Part shown: one piece after another, positions 1 to 9,165 of the stretch
How the letters are laid out: every line of letters begins with the position of its first letter
Numbering within the stretch: position 1 is the stretch's first letter
IMG/VR virus record: IMGVR_UViG_3300006316_000001
Location: 1 to 64,000 of that record
Length of the DNA stretch: 64,000 nt
Source of the DNA: a virus
Strand: one strand, 5' to 3'
Notes under the pieces: model-generated
What the model was told of the DNA's origin: nothing
Seen by the model: the letters and a program-made list of their open reading frames with translations, nothing else
Database searches by the model: none
Made by a program: the position numbers and the translations under genes

Positions 1-250
1 CAGTGCCTAGATTGAGTTCTTGGATCATTCGGCGAATGACCTTAACTGCTTTGTGGGTGGGTGCTGCGATACACACTGTTTTGTAGCGTGGAATCTTGTC
101 AACGATGTAATTCACCACCGTAGTCTTACCTGAACCTGCCGGACCGATGAGCGTATGGAACCTATTCTCTTGATCGAACCCTTTACTATTGATCGTGGTG
201 AGAATCTCATCTATACACTTTTCTTGCCCGTTCGTTAGCTTGAAGGACAT
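1..250 (-). CDS. dda: Dda-like SF1 helicase (5' part; runs off window)
   Basis: Manual translation MSFKLTNGQEKC...LIGPAGSGKTT...CIAAPTHKA: Walker A plus motif Ia of Dda/RecD. Confidence 0.8.
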   Translation of the reverse strand, partial: MSFKLTNGQEKCIDEILTTINSKGFDQENRFHTLIGPAGSGKTTVVNYIVDKIPRYKTVCIAAPTHKAVKVIRRMIQELNLGT

Positions 251-406
251 ACATATTCTCCTGTTTCTTCATCGTATGTGTGACCATGAATGACTAAACC
301 ATGGTCGGTTAAATGGATATGTAAATCCACATTATGTTCATCTTCGTGCTGTATGATACAAACTAAAATTATGAGTACGATAGTGTTGAATGTCAGTATC
401 TTCATT

Positions 407-763
407 TTAGTGAACCTCATCATCACATGCAAGAAGGGGTTCATCTGGACCAATTACCAAAGATAGTTTCAATTCAGCACAAACAACCACTAGGATTGAA
501 GATATGATGCCAACCATTTGGAATGATGGTACGTCAAATTCTTCATTCTCATCTTCTGGTGGAGACGGTAAAAGAAAACACACTTCTAGTACTGAGTCAA
601 CTGGAGGCTTGACGGAAAAGCTGGTGTTTCTGTATGTGAATAGTGAAATTTGATATCCTGGAGCTACCGTGATGTCACGCTCGTCAACCCAATCAACCAT
701 ACACATAGTTATTTGCTTGGTCAGTTCCATAAAATCGTATTGTTTCATGATGTCATCCTTCAA
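407..763 (-). CDS. hypothetical protein
   Basis: ORF in co-directional run. Confidence 0.55.
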   Translation of the reverse strand: MKDDIMKQYDFMELTKQITMCMVDWVDERDITVAPGYQISLFTYRNTSFSVKPPVDSVLEVCFLLPSPPEDENEEFDVPSFQMVGIISSILVVVCAELKLSLVIGPDEPLLACDDEVH

Positions 764-774
764 TTTCTGTCTAG

Positions 775-794
775 GGGGTTAAAACTAACCCCCC
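775..794 (-). other. stem-loop of the GGGGUUAR..UUAACCCC family, no promoter attached
   Basis: Minus-strand GGGGGTTAG-TT-TTAACCCCC between two ORFs. Confidence 0.55.
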
Positions 795-802
795 ATATTT
801 AG

Positions 803-1102
803 TTAACAAAAAGTGCTTTTTATTACCATTTCTACACCACTTTCAAAGCCGAACTCGTAAACCGTTTTAGTGCAACCATGCATTGATATGATATTGGTAG
901 CCAAGTCAACCTCAAAGTAAGCGCCAGCTTCTTCATTGTTCCAGTTGTTTGTTTCCTTATCAGCCATTTTGAAGGTTTCGTATGAAGGATATAGTTCAAC
1001 GTCAGCTTTAGACATTTCATCTATGTTAAGTTGGCTAGCATTTGTGATTCGGTAGTTTAAGTTCGTTTGAGGATTTATAGCGAAAAGAGTAAAATTAGAC
1101 AT
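803..1102 (-). CDS. hypothetical early protein
   Basis: First ORF after promoter cassette, with RBS. Confidence 0.7.
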   Translation of the reverse strand: MSNFTLFAINPQTNLNYRITNASQLNIDEMSKADVELYPSYETFKMADKETNNWNNEEAGAYFEVDLATNIISMHGCTKTVYEFGFESGVEMVIKSTFC

Positions 1103-1181
1103 AATTTAGAACCTTTAATAAAGGGGGTTAACCGTTAACCCCATAACAACCATTATACTCTAATTGAACGAGAAGTAAAGC
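1103..1181 (-). promoter_or_regulatory. promoter-stem-loop cassette copy 1
   Basis: TTTACT-N16-TATAAT, then GGGGTTAA-CGG-TTAACCCC, then AAAGG RBS. Confidence 0.85.
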
Positions 1182-1188
1182 GTTTTTA

Positions 1189-2178
1189 TTAAATAATATC
1201 AAACAAAGATTGGGCTGTAGACTCAGGGTGACCGTCGTACTCATTGCGAGGTTTACCCCACCCCATTGTTGTCTTGATATACTTGTGTCCCTCGCATAAA
1301 CAGTTCTCTAGTGACATTATTGTTGGTTTCCAATCATATGGCCATTCAGGGAACCAATCATCGAAGGTATCGCGCATCCATATAACAAGCTCATCAGGGT
1401 CAATATTGCCCCAATTGGTAACGAAAGAAAGGTTTGGTGTGTTATTAGGGTTGCGGTAAGTATCCGTTAAATCTTCCGCAAATAAAAGCTGGAGTCCCAT
1501 TATCGCTCCTGGACCACACACAGTGAAAATGTCTTCGGATAGATCCAGTTCTGGGATATACGTTAGGTCAACAAAGTGTTGGTACGCCATGAAGTCGCCC
1601 ATGGTAGGCAATAATCGCAAGTAATCGTGAATGGTGCCCTCATGCTCAGTATTGATTATGAAGTCAGCAACGCCCATTTCCAAGAACTCGTCATACATTC
1701 GAGCTAGGTTTGAAGGTCGATATAGAGCTGGTTTACCTGATGGAGTTTTACCATTACTCTTACCAGTTTTATCAGCGAAGTACCCAGCTGCGTATTGATG
1801 TGATACTGGCATGTATGCGTTGCAGAGGTAGCCATCTTCCAGATCATTGTCCATTCGCCAGTACAACTTGTCACGATCCTTATTGTGCATAGGAAACCAA
1901 TCACCCATCGTGGTTATGTTGTTGTACATTCTAGCCGTGATTATGTTCAGAATCTTAGCTTCAAGAGTCATAAACCGATTTTTGGCAATATTATCAATCA
2001 ACCACTTTGAGTTGGTATCATCCTCGCGACGAACATTACAGAAGCGGTGATTGCGTAGTATTGGGTCATTCGTCCACGGCTTAAATTCTCCAGCTTCTTT
2101 CTTAATGCGAACACTTTCGCGCTCGACCATCCATTGTTTTAGTAATGTAAGTGCTTTGGTATTGAATTTGGGCATCAT
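1189..2178 (-). CDS. aGPT-Pplase clade 1 / amino acid:DNA transferase (thymidine hypermodification)
   Basis: Signature ERxxVRxxKEAGxxKPWTxDPILRNHRFCNVRREDD; GDFMAYQ..VDL; GPGA; ENCLCE..KY. Confidence 0.8.
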   Translation of the reverse strand: MMPKFNTKALTLLKQWMVERESVRIKKEAGEFKPWTNDPILRNHRFCNVRREDDTNSKWLIDNIAKNRFMTLEAKILNIITARMYNNITTMGDWFPMHNKDRDKLYWRMDNDLEDGYLCNAYMPVSHQYAAGYFADKTGKSNGKTPSGKPALYRPSNLARMYDEFLEMGVADFIINTEHEGTIHDYLRLLPTMGDFMAYQHFVDLTYIPELDLSEDIFTVCGPGAIMGLQLLFAEDLTDTYRNPNNTPNLSFVTNWGNIDPDELVIWMRDTFDDWFPEWPYDWKPTIMSLENCLCEGHKYIKTTMGWGKPRNEYDGHPESTAQSLFDII

Positions 2179-2208
2179 TGCGCCTCCTTAGGTATTTTAC
2201 CAACACCC

Positions 2209-2239
2209 ATTATACTCTTACCAATTCGTGAAGTAAAGC
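2209..2239 (-). promoter_or_regulatory. same sigma70-type promoter, without hairpin
   Basis: TTTACT-N17-TATAAT upstream of aGPT-Pplase. Confidence 0.75.
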
Positions 2240-2261
2240 CTTTTAGTTGAATTTTGAATGC

Positions 2262-2285
2262 AAAAAAGGCTCCCGAAGGAGCCTT
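2262..2285 (-). terminator. intrinsic terminator
   Basis: GGCTCC-TTCG-GGAGCC followed by T-run. Confidence 0.85.
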
Positions 2286-2286
2286 C

Positions 2287-3210
2287 TTATAATGCCGCAT
2301 ATTCAATAGCATCTTTGGCAGAGTCTAGCAATTTCTTTTGATCATACCACCCACCATCAAGATCATCCATTTGCTTGCCCATATCAGCCAATTCCTCAAC
2401 TGATAACGGGTAGCCAATCTTCTCAGCCTTACCACAAATCTTCAACATGAAGACATAGATAGCCTTATGGTGAGCGCCAGCCGGAGTCAAACGGTAATCG
2501 TCCATCATCCATTTATCAACAAACGGACAGTCACTTGAGGTGATGTCCATACTAGGAGTACCATGGTTGTTCTTGAACAGTTTCTGTTTCAGATCACGCA
2601 ATGGGTTTTTTATACGATATTTGTCAGATTCAGGGGGCATCGGGTATTTAGCGATTATTTGCTCCCAATTAAGGTCAATCCCAACGTTCTCCTTAAAAAT
2701 GTGACAGTAATCTGAACCCTTGTTAGTGTATCTAGCGGGAATATAGTGCATTCTTGATAGATCTTTGGTTTGATCATCAACCAAATCATCACACCAAGCA
2801 TTACATGCAAACCACAACTGCTTCAGTACCTCTTTGGGAGCTCGCTTATGTAAAGGGATACAAACACGAATCTTCAAGTGGTTCCTTGTGCAGTTTGCTG
2901 TACTATAGATTAGGTAGGAGAACGCCTTGAATTTCTCAACGATCTTCTGAGCATCATCAATACCCTTATCAATATCCAGTAGGACAAAGTCCCAAGCTGA
3001 CACATTTTCATTATTGCGCTTCATACCATCTTCAGCGTATATCGCACTAGAGATCAGCCCCTGAGTCTTATCATACTCATCGGCTGATGGTTTGTAGCCC
3101 TCAACCTCCGAGATTGAACGCATGTAACTGATGAAGGTTGGCCAATCGGCCAGTTGACATCGTTGCGGTTGGTTACTATAAAATCCGCTGAAAAATGAAA
3201 ATTCAATCAT
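2287..3210 (-). CDS. putative AEP (prim-pol)-type primase
   Basis: R..ENV...hhhDhD (VLLDID), YST..., RVCIPL, D..TKD.SR.HY motifs. Confidence 0.65.
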   Translation of the reverse strand: MIEFSFFSGFYSNQPQRCQLADWPTFISYMRSISEVEGYKPSADEYDKTQGLISSAIYAEDGMKRNNENVSAWDFVLLDIDKGIDDAQKIVEKFKAFSYLIYSTANCTRNHLKIRVCIPLHKRAPKEVLKQLWFACNAWCDDLVDDQTKDLSRMHYIPARYTNKGSDYCHIFKENVGIDLNWEQIIAKYPMPPESDKYRIKNPLRDLKQKLFKNNHGTPSMDITSSDCPFVDKWMMDDYRLTPAGAHHKAIYVFMLKICGKAEKIGYPLSVEELADMGKQMDDLDGGWYDQKKLLDSAKDAIEYAAL

Positions 3211-3755
3211 TATGATTCCTTGAATTTGCAGTTATCGAAGTGCCATCTATACATGACTTGTCCGCCCTGTTTACCGCAGTGTGGGCAAGTTATAACCAAT
3301 CCCTTCTTAGCCTCTGACATCTTAGATTTGGTGCTATCAGTATGTTTCTTACCATAGAATGGATTACCTGAACCTTTAGTTTGATTCTTTCTAAAATTTG
3401 AAATTTGGGCGTACGAAGCATCAGTGAAGGTTTTCGGCTTTCCTGTGGTTGATTCAGATATATGCTTTTTGTGTTCTTCACTTTTTGGTATGCCTCTTGT
3501 AGCATCACTGGCATTGGTCGAGGTTAATCCGAACGAACAGTTTCCTATTTCATAGTGACCGCTGTCGCCATTACGCATCAAACAATATTTACCCTCTCCA
3601 GTACCTATATCATCTGGGGTTATTCCCGCCTCCTTGAATAGATACTTCATCTGTCCAATGGTCAACTTAAACTCAATGGGACTTCCATCTTTGTTAAACC
3701 GTTTACCGACAGTATTATTCTTCTTTGTCTTCCAGTAATGTTCTACTGTTCTCAT
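3210..3755 (-). CDS. free-standing HNH-type homing endonuclease with NUMOD3 and Zn finger
   Basis: YCLMR.GD.GHY..GNC core; GNPFYGKKHT..TK.KMS NUMOD3; CPHC..H..NC. Confidence 0.7.
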   Translation of the reverse strand: MRTVEHYWKTKKNNTVGKRFNKDGSPIEFKLTIGQMKYLFKEAGITPDDIGTGEGKYCLMRNGDSGHYEIGNCSFGLTSTNASDATRGIPKSEEHKKHISESTTGKPKTFTDASYAQISNFRKNQTKGSGNPFYGKKHTDSTKSKMSEAKKGLVITCPHCGKQGGQVMYRWHFDNCKFKES

Positions 3756-3827
3756 TATGATATCTCCAGATATTTAAAACCGCTATACTACGAAGCCCTC
3801 TACAAGTAAAGGGCTCCAGTTTAATGG

Positions 3828-4259
3828 TTATGCTCCGGCTTCGAACTTTCTAATCTCTAAAATTGAATTGATGTGGTTGTTACGGTAGCGTAGACTGATA
3901 ATCATTTCCTCACAAATATCCATGAGCAATTTAGCATTATCAACCTTGGCGCGATACTCGCAAATTTTCACATCAGCGTCAAGAAGTTTGTTTAGATGGT
4001 CCATATTCTTGACGATACCATTCCAAGGCTCAGCTTTGTACGCAGCCGCATCAGCCTCACCATTATAGAAATCTCTTCGCTCAAGAGCTAATTGGGCGAG
4101 TTTTGTCTCACCCTTGATCATAGCTGACTTGTACTGATAGTTTAGGCGAAGATACTTTGACATCAGATTCATTGTTCGATTAATTTCGGTTTCGAGATTC
4201 ATACGATTGATATCTGAATCAACCTCAACCTGAGCCATCAACTCATCAAAGTTCAACAT
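3828..4259 (-). CDS. uvsY: UvsY recombination mediator
   Basis: Helical 143 aa with FYNGEA...YK.EP motif, near uvsW. Confidence 0.75.
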   Translation of the reverse strand: MLNFDELMAQVEVDSDINRMNLETEINRTMNLMSKYLRLNYQYKSAMIKGETKLAQLALERRDFYNGEADAAAYKAEPWNGIVKNMDHLNKLLDADVKICEYRAKVDNAKLLMDICEEMIISLRYRNNHINSILEIRKFEAGA

Positions 4260-4555
4260 TATCGTTCGCCTTGGTAGTGATCGTGGATGAATAGTGGTGC
4301 TTTGGTTTCAGTCATCTCACGAAGAAGGTGCTTTTCGCGAGTCTTTGAGATGAATGCCAATCTACCGCCTGAGTGAAACTCGCAGGTACGAGGTCCAACC
4401 ATTTTGTATGTGTGATGTTCAATCATCTGCATTGTGAATCGGAAAGCCCACTCGGCTTGATTAACATCATTACACACATAGTGTACGCGATACCCTTCCG
4501 AAGCTTTGATTACAGCCTCGAGTACCTTACGGAAAGTTTGTCCTGTTGCTCGCAT
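4259..4555 (-). CDS. hypothetical protein
   Basis: Translationally coupled between uvsW and uvsY. Confidence 0.6.
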   Translation of the reverse strand: MRATGQTFRKVLEAVIKASEGYRVHYVCNDVNQAEWAFRFTMQMIEHHTYKMVGPRTCEFHSGGRLAFISKTREKHLLREMTETKAPLFIHDHYQGER

Positions 4556-6117
4556 TATACTGCCTCCAAGTTGATTGTTGTGACGTTTGTTTCAAACTGT
4601 TGATCATAGTAGAACGAAAGACGTTTACGTCCGTGCTCTAGAGTGTAATTTTCATATGCTCCCACAGAATAATCGTCCACAAAGTCGTACATTGTAACAT
4701 AGTTGCCATGTTTTGATTTACGCAACAAACGGCCAACTGACTGTAGAACCTTGATTCTCGATTTGGAGGGATGGGCGAATAACATATTATGTAGGCGCTT
4801 AATAGAGATACCTGTGCTAAGTACGCCCAATGAACCGATAATGATACTTCCATCTTCTTTCTCCATCAACTGTCTAATATTCTCGCGCTCATCACTTCCG
4901 GTGGCGCCAGTGTATAGGTAAATCTTACGTTCAGGAAATGCTTTTCTCATCCAATGATATAGATTCTCACCGTGCTCAACCTTATTGATCATCAGAATCG
5001 TATTACCCTTCAAACTAGCAGCAAACTTCATCAGAAATTTATTACGAGCCACATCAGTGGTGATTTCATCAATTTCTTGCGCATATGTAACCTTTTGTCT
5101 AGTCGGCTTACCATTTTCGCCTATTGGACCTCTCGGAGCACTACGCATGTGTTTACATTGTTTTTCTGGATGTTTTATAAGACCCACATGAACCTTCAGT
5201 TGGGCAACCGTGCCAGCATCCATCAACTCCTTTGTTGTGATTACTGTCTTGATTGGTCCAAATAACCCCTGAAGGGTTAGACGGTTCGTTTTACATTCAC
5301 CATCATCCAAAGTACCAGTCAACCCTAGTCGGAATTTGGCGTTCTTACACTTCTCAATGATATTTATGATTGAGTTTGCTGTGGCTGTGTGAACCTCATC
5401 GCAACTGAAGAACTTGAATTTCTCAAACCATTCCTTTGGTGGCATACTCTTACGGTTAGATAGTGATTGGTATGTTGAAATCACAATACGCTTGTTAGTG
5501 TCTTTACTGACACCAGCCATGATACCATGACACTCAGATTCAGCGTTCCATGACATATCCTCTGACGAGTAGTCTTTGAAGTCACCTATCATTTGAGTAA
5601 CAAGCCCAACCGTCGGCACAACAACAAGGAACTGATCTTCTGGTCCAATTTTCTCCCACATTCTATACACAATGTATTGAATTAGTGACTTACCAGATGA
5701 TGTTGGTGAAAGAAGTATACAGCGTTGCAATTCAAGTGCGAAATGGGCAGCATCTCTTTGGTAATCGTACGGGTCAATCTTATTACCATCGCTATGTACA
5801 TTCAGACTTTCAACAAACTTCTCAAACTTCTCACGAGGGAGATTGAAACGCTTGATGGATGGATCAAGTGTGAATGGGATATTCATACGCTCACAGAATT
5901 GCTTTATTTCTGACCACAACCCTAAGTAGATTTCTCCCGACTCTTTTAACATTCGAACCTTACCATCCCAGCTTCGATTTCGAAACGCAGGGTGGAATTG
6001 GTAGTTGTCGGCCATGAAGCTCATGTGGTCACGAAGTCGAATGATTGTGTCGAAGTTTTCGCAGCTAATGTGACCATATGTCTCATCAATCTTGATGAAA
6101 TATACAGTATTGTCCAT
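4555..6117 (-). CDS. uvsW: UvsW SF2 helicase
   Basis: WDGK, PTSSGKS, DEVH, GLTGT, QSVGRLLR. Confidence 0.9.
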   Translation of the reverse strand: MDNTVYFIKIDETYGHISCENFDTIIRLRDHMSFMADNYQFHPAFRNRSWDGKVRMLKESGEIYLGLWSEIKQFCERMNIPFTLDPSIKRFNLPREKFEKFVESLNVHSDGNKIDPYDYQRDAAHFALELQRCILLSPTSSGKSLIQYIVYRMWEKIGPEDQFLVVVPTVGLVTQMIGDFKDYSSEDMSWNAESECHGIMAGVSKDTNKRIVISTYQSLSNRKSMPPKEWFEKFKFFSCDEVHTATANSIINIIEKCKNAKFRLGLTGTLDDGECKTNRLTLQGLFGPIKTVITTKELMDAGTVAQLKVHVGLIKHPEKQCKHMRSAPRGPIGENGKPTRQKVTYAQEIDEITTDVARNKFLMKFAASLKGNTILMINKVEHGENLYHWMRKAFPERKIYLYTGATGSDERENIRQLMEKEDGSIIIGSLGVLSTGISIKRLHNMLFAHPSKSRIKVLQSVGRLLRKSKHGNYVTMYDFVDDYSVGAYENYTLEHGRKRLSFYYDQQFETNVTTINLEAV

Positions 6118-6677
6118 TATTCAAGCCCCGTCTTATCACCAGTTTCCATGTATCCGGTTTTGATTCGTTGAGAGTTTTTGATGTGCTTTGCATAGAATGC
6201 GTCAATAATTTGTTGATCAGTCACACCAAGGTATTGTTTAGCCGCTTCGATGTAGCGTAGCAGTTGAATTGTGAATGCTCGTTTCTCAGTACAAGCCATC
6301 ATCTGGTTCCACGCCTCAACCATCTTAGTTAGGGGTTCAGAGTCAGAATTGTAGGTTTCTGAGAATGCCACATCATTCATGATCTTGTGATCAAAATCAG
6401 TGACAACAAAATCATCTGTTTTGTAACGGTGCAATACAACAGAAATACCGAACGCGATAGTATCTACGAATTCTTCAAGCTGCTTTTCCGGTACGGGTGA
6501 CCAAGAAGGTTTCCACCATACCCAATCTTCAGTGCACTCATCAAGAAATTCGCTGAATTCTTTTTGAGCAGCACAAATCCATTTGATGTGTGGCACCTCA
6601 CGCCAGTCTTGGCCATTGAATTCGCCATTGATACGTTCTTGACGCATGAATAGTGTGATTAGTTCTTCATTGGTCAT
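6117..6677 (-). CDS. all-alpha dimeric dUTPase/dNTP pyrophosphatase
   Basis: EFSEFLDE, WxWWK, LEEFVD motifs; next to dNMP kinase. Confidence 0.7.
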   Translation of the reverse strand: MTNEELITLFMRQERINGEFNGQDWREVPHIKWICAAQKEFSEFLDECTEDWVWWKPSWSPVPEKQLEEFVDTIAFGISVVLHRYKTDDFVVTDFDHKIMNDVAFSETYNSDSEPLTKMVEAWNQMMACTEKRAFTIQLLRYIEAAKQYLGVTDQQIIDAFYAKHIKNSQRIKTGYMETGDKTGLE

Positions 6678-7216
6678 CGTTTAAATCCCCAGTCAAGGTT
6701 GTTACAACAGAAATCGGCGAAATCGTACACACCAAGCTTATGGTGATCGAACTCATGTTCAACATTGAACGTTTCGATAATGTCTTCGGATGGATCACTA
6801 GTGGGATTAACCATATTGTTGATTCTGATTGTTTGGAATTTGAGGGACTCACACAGATCAAATTCGATTTGCTTACGAATATCAGTGATAAGAACCTTAC
6901 CCCCGTAACCATGAAGCTCAGAAACCAAGCGCTCAACATTATGGACGAATACTGCTGGATCCACTTCACGCAACTTATCAAGGCTCATCCACAATTCACG
7001 ATAAGTCAATCGATTCACGTTATGAGGGTGATCGATGATCTTCTCTTTATCTTCCGGCTTCACTTCAAGGTTTGGGGCTGACCAAGGATAGATGTTATCA
7101 GCAATCATCTTTAATTGATCAGAGAATGACACGCGAACAAAACCGTGTGCGCTGATAAGGTATGACGCCAAGTAATCTTTACCGCTTGATTTACGACCAG
7201 TTAATGCAACTAACAT
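6674..7216 (-). CDS. deoxynucleoside monophosphate kinase
   Basis: GRKSSGKD P-loop, SFSDQLK, ITDIR...E. Confidence 0.8.
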   Translation of the reverse strand: MLVALTGRKSSGKDYLASYLISAHGFVRVSFSDQLKMIADNIYPWSAPNLEVKPEDKEKIIDHPHNVNRLTYRELWMSLDKLREVDPAVFVHNVERLVSELHGYGGKVLITDIRKQIEFDLCESLKFQTIRINNMVNPTSDPSEDIIETFNVEHEFDHHKLGVYDFADFCCNNLDWGFKR

Positions 7217-7269
7217 ATTTATTTCCCTTTGCGAAAATGGGCGACCGTATGGTCACCCATGGTGGTTTA

Positions 7270-8394
7270 TTACTTCAATTCAACAGCGAACTTACAGAAA
7301 GGTGAGTTCTTAACGGCATTACCGAAGTTGTCATCTTTAAGTTTTACAGTGAAGTTCGTTTCACCACACTTAGTTACGATGTATGCAACACAAACCTTCA
7401 TGTATTCAAACAATAGGTTATTTTTCACATCAACACCATTGCCTTTGAAGATTTCCGCCAATACATCAATACCAGCGTTGAACATTTCACCATTACCATC
7501 ATTGTAGTGTTCGTCACACATATCGACGCCACTTGAAAGGAATGCCAATAGTTCATTGAAGAAATGGAGGTCACCTTCAACCGAACCAGTTGCATTCAAG
7601 CGCATTAGGTTTCTTTCGTGGAAAGTGGCGGTCTTAGTATAGTGATCAACAGCATCTTGTGCTTGGCTCTCAGTGAAGTCGTATAGGTGAAGGTTCGTCA
7701 CGAAATGTGTGTATTCGCCAACATCAACCTTCTCACCAGTAACTTCAGCAACGTTCTTCGCCATAAGTTCTTGAAGGAATGACCACTCAAATACATTTAT
7801 GTTGAGGCAACCCCAAATAGCATCACCAGAACGTTGGAACACATTACAGTTCAGTAGGTAGCCATCACCTTCTTCGTTCGGTGTTGTGAAGAATACTAGC
7901 TCGTTGTTACATGGACGATCTTTAGTCTTACCAAAGTCATCACCAGTATCGCGCTCAAGAATTGCAACTTTACTATCAAGCTCAGGTAGAAGAATTTGCA
8001 CAACTGATTGGCGAGTGTGGATGCCGTCAGTTTTGAATACTTCAACAGCCTCATGAAGTTGATTGTACATATATAAACGTGGTCCATATGCGCCACGCCA
8101 CGTCTCACCATCATCACTGAAATCTTTAGCACGAGGTAAGAAAAACGATAGAAGTGGATCAATACGATCATTACCAGCCATCACCCAAATCGTTTCAGCA
8201 ATTTGCGCAAAGATGTTTGACTTACGCCCTTCAAGGCTTAGGTGACGAGAGCGTGGATCTTTAAGATTCAGTACAGCATTGTTGATGCATTTTATTGGTC
8301 CATTACGGCTAGGTTGCTCACGAGCCGTAAGAAGATTAGCGTATGAATTTAGTGCTAGTTCGTTGAATGTGTCGCCGTGAATTGGAGTAAACAT
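7270..8394 (-). CDS. thymidylate-synthase-family dUMP hydroxymethylase
   Basis: GAYGPRL, DRPC catalytic Cys, QRSGDAIWG..NIN (Asn = dUMP specificity), NLHLY. Confidence 0.75.
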   Translation of the reverse strand: MFTPIHGDTFNELALNSYANLLTAREQPSRNGPIKCINNAVLNLKDPRSRHLSLEGRKSNIFAQIAETIWVMAGNDRIDPLLSFFLPRAKDFSDDGETWRGAYGPRLYMYNQLHEAVEVFKTDGIHTRQSVVQILLPELDSKVAILERDTGDDFGKTKDRPCNNELVFFTTPNEEGDGYLLNCNVFQRSGDAIWGCLNINVFEWSFLQELMAKNVAEVTGEKVDVGEYTHFVTNLHLYDFTESQAQDAVDHYTKTATFHERNLMRLNATGSVEGDLHFFNELLAFLSSGVDMCDEHYNDGNGEMFNAGIDVLAEIFKGNGVDVKNNLLFEYMKVCVAYIVTKCGETNFTVKLKDDNFGNAVKNSPFCKFAVELK

Positions 8395-8472
8395 CGTGTT
8401 TCCTTTTAGAATATAGAGGGGTAGGAAACGCCCTACCCACAGAACAATTATACTGATTGGGGATGTGGTGTA

Positions 8473-9153
8473 TTATGCGAACTCTGAGTCACGCTCCATC
8501 GCCATGAAGTATTTGAATTCAACATCTTCAACTTTAGCGGTGAATTGGATGATCTTCTTCTTGTTGATTTCAACATGGTAGTTCAGCGGAAGAAAGTCTA
8601 ACTTGTTACCTTTCTTGCTATGTTTCAGGAACACTTTGAACTCGCCAAGATCTTCTTCAGAAATCAACATAGAGTGGACGCGCTTAGGCTTCTCTTTATC
8701 AAGAGCCTTCAGATAAACCTTACCACCTTCACCAACGATAGCGATATCTTCAACACCAAGAGTAGTAGCGGCACTGATCACAGCCTTCAGTTTTTCTTCA
8801 GGTAGAGATAGCTCAATGTCAGCTTCAGGGAAGTTAACGTCACGCTCATCGTAGATCAGGTCTTCTTTGTCTGAGTAGTAGTACTCTTGAGAAGCGCCAG
8901 TAGCATCAGTGATAACAACTGACTTTTCGCCGAACTTGAAGTCGGGATCAGTGAACAACTTTAGAACCTTCAGGAAACCGGAAAGGTCATGAAGAGGAAC
9001 TTCTACAGGAAACTCGTCTTCAACTAGACAGCTGATCAGTGTTGTCTTCTTTTCGTTAACGGTCTTGATAACCTTGCCTGGAGCGATTACAATGTGTTGG
9101 TTGAATTTCGCGCAGTTTTGTAGAGCTGTGATTGTTAGTTCAGATAATTTCAT
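8473..9153 (-). CDS. 45: gp45-like sliding clamp
   Basis: MKLSE.T...L.N.A.FN, FP..V..HDL..FL, size and context. Confidence 0.85.
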   Translation of the reverse strand: MKLSELTITALQNCAKFNQHIVIAPGKVIKTVNEKKTTLISCLVEDEFPVEVPLHDLSGFLKVLKLFTDPDFKFGEKSVVITDATGASQEYYYSDKEDLIYDERDVNFPEADIELSLPEEKLKAVISAATTLGVEDIAIVGEGGKVYLKALDKEKPKRVHSMLISEEDLGEFKVFLKHSKKGNKLDFLPLNYHVEINKKKIIQFTAKVEDVEFKYFMAMERDSEFA

Positions 9154-9165
9154 GTTGCCGCCTTA

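Noticed and set aside
1124-1142. Hairpin as an N4-type DNA hairpin promoter for the phage RNAP
   Set aside because: It lies downstream of a clear -35/-10 pair, varies through G-U pairs on the transcript strand, and a better RNAP promoter candidate exists
3781-3818. Cassette-type promoter before the homing endonuclease
   Set aside because: TTTACT lies inside a hairpin and the -10 is poor; left uncalled
7270-8394. T4 gp42-type dCMP hydroxymethylase
   Set aside because: The specificity residue is Asn rather than Asp, and the partner gene is an aGPT-Pplase rather than a glucosyltransferase
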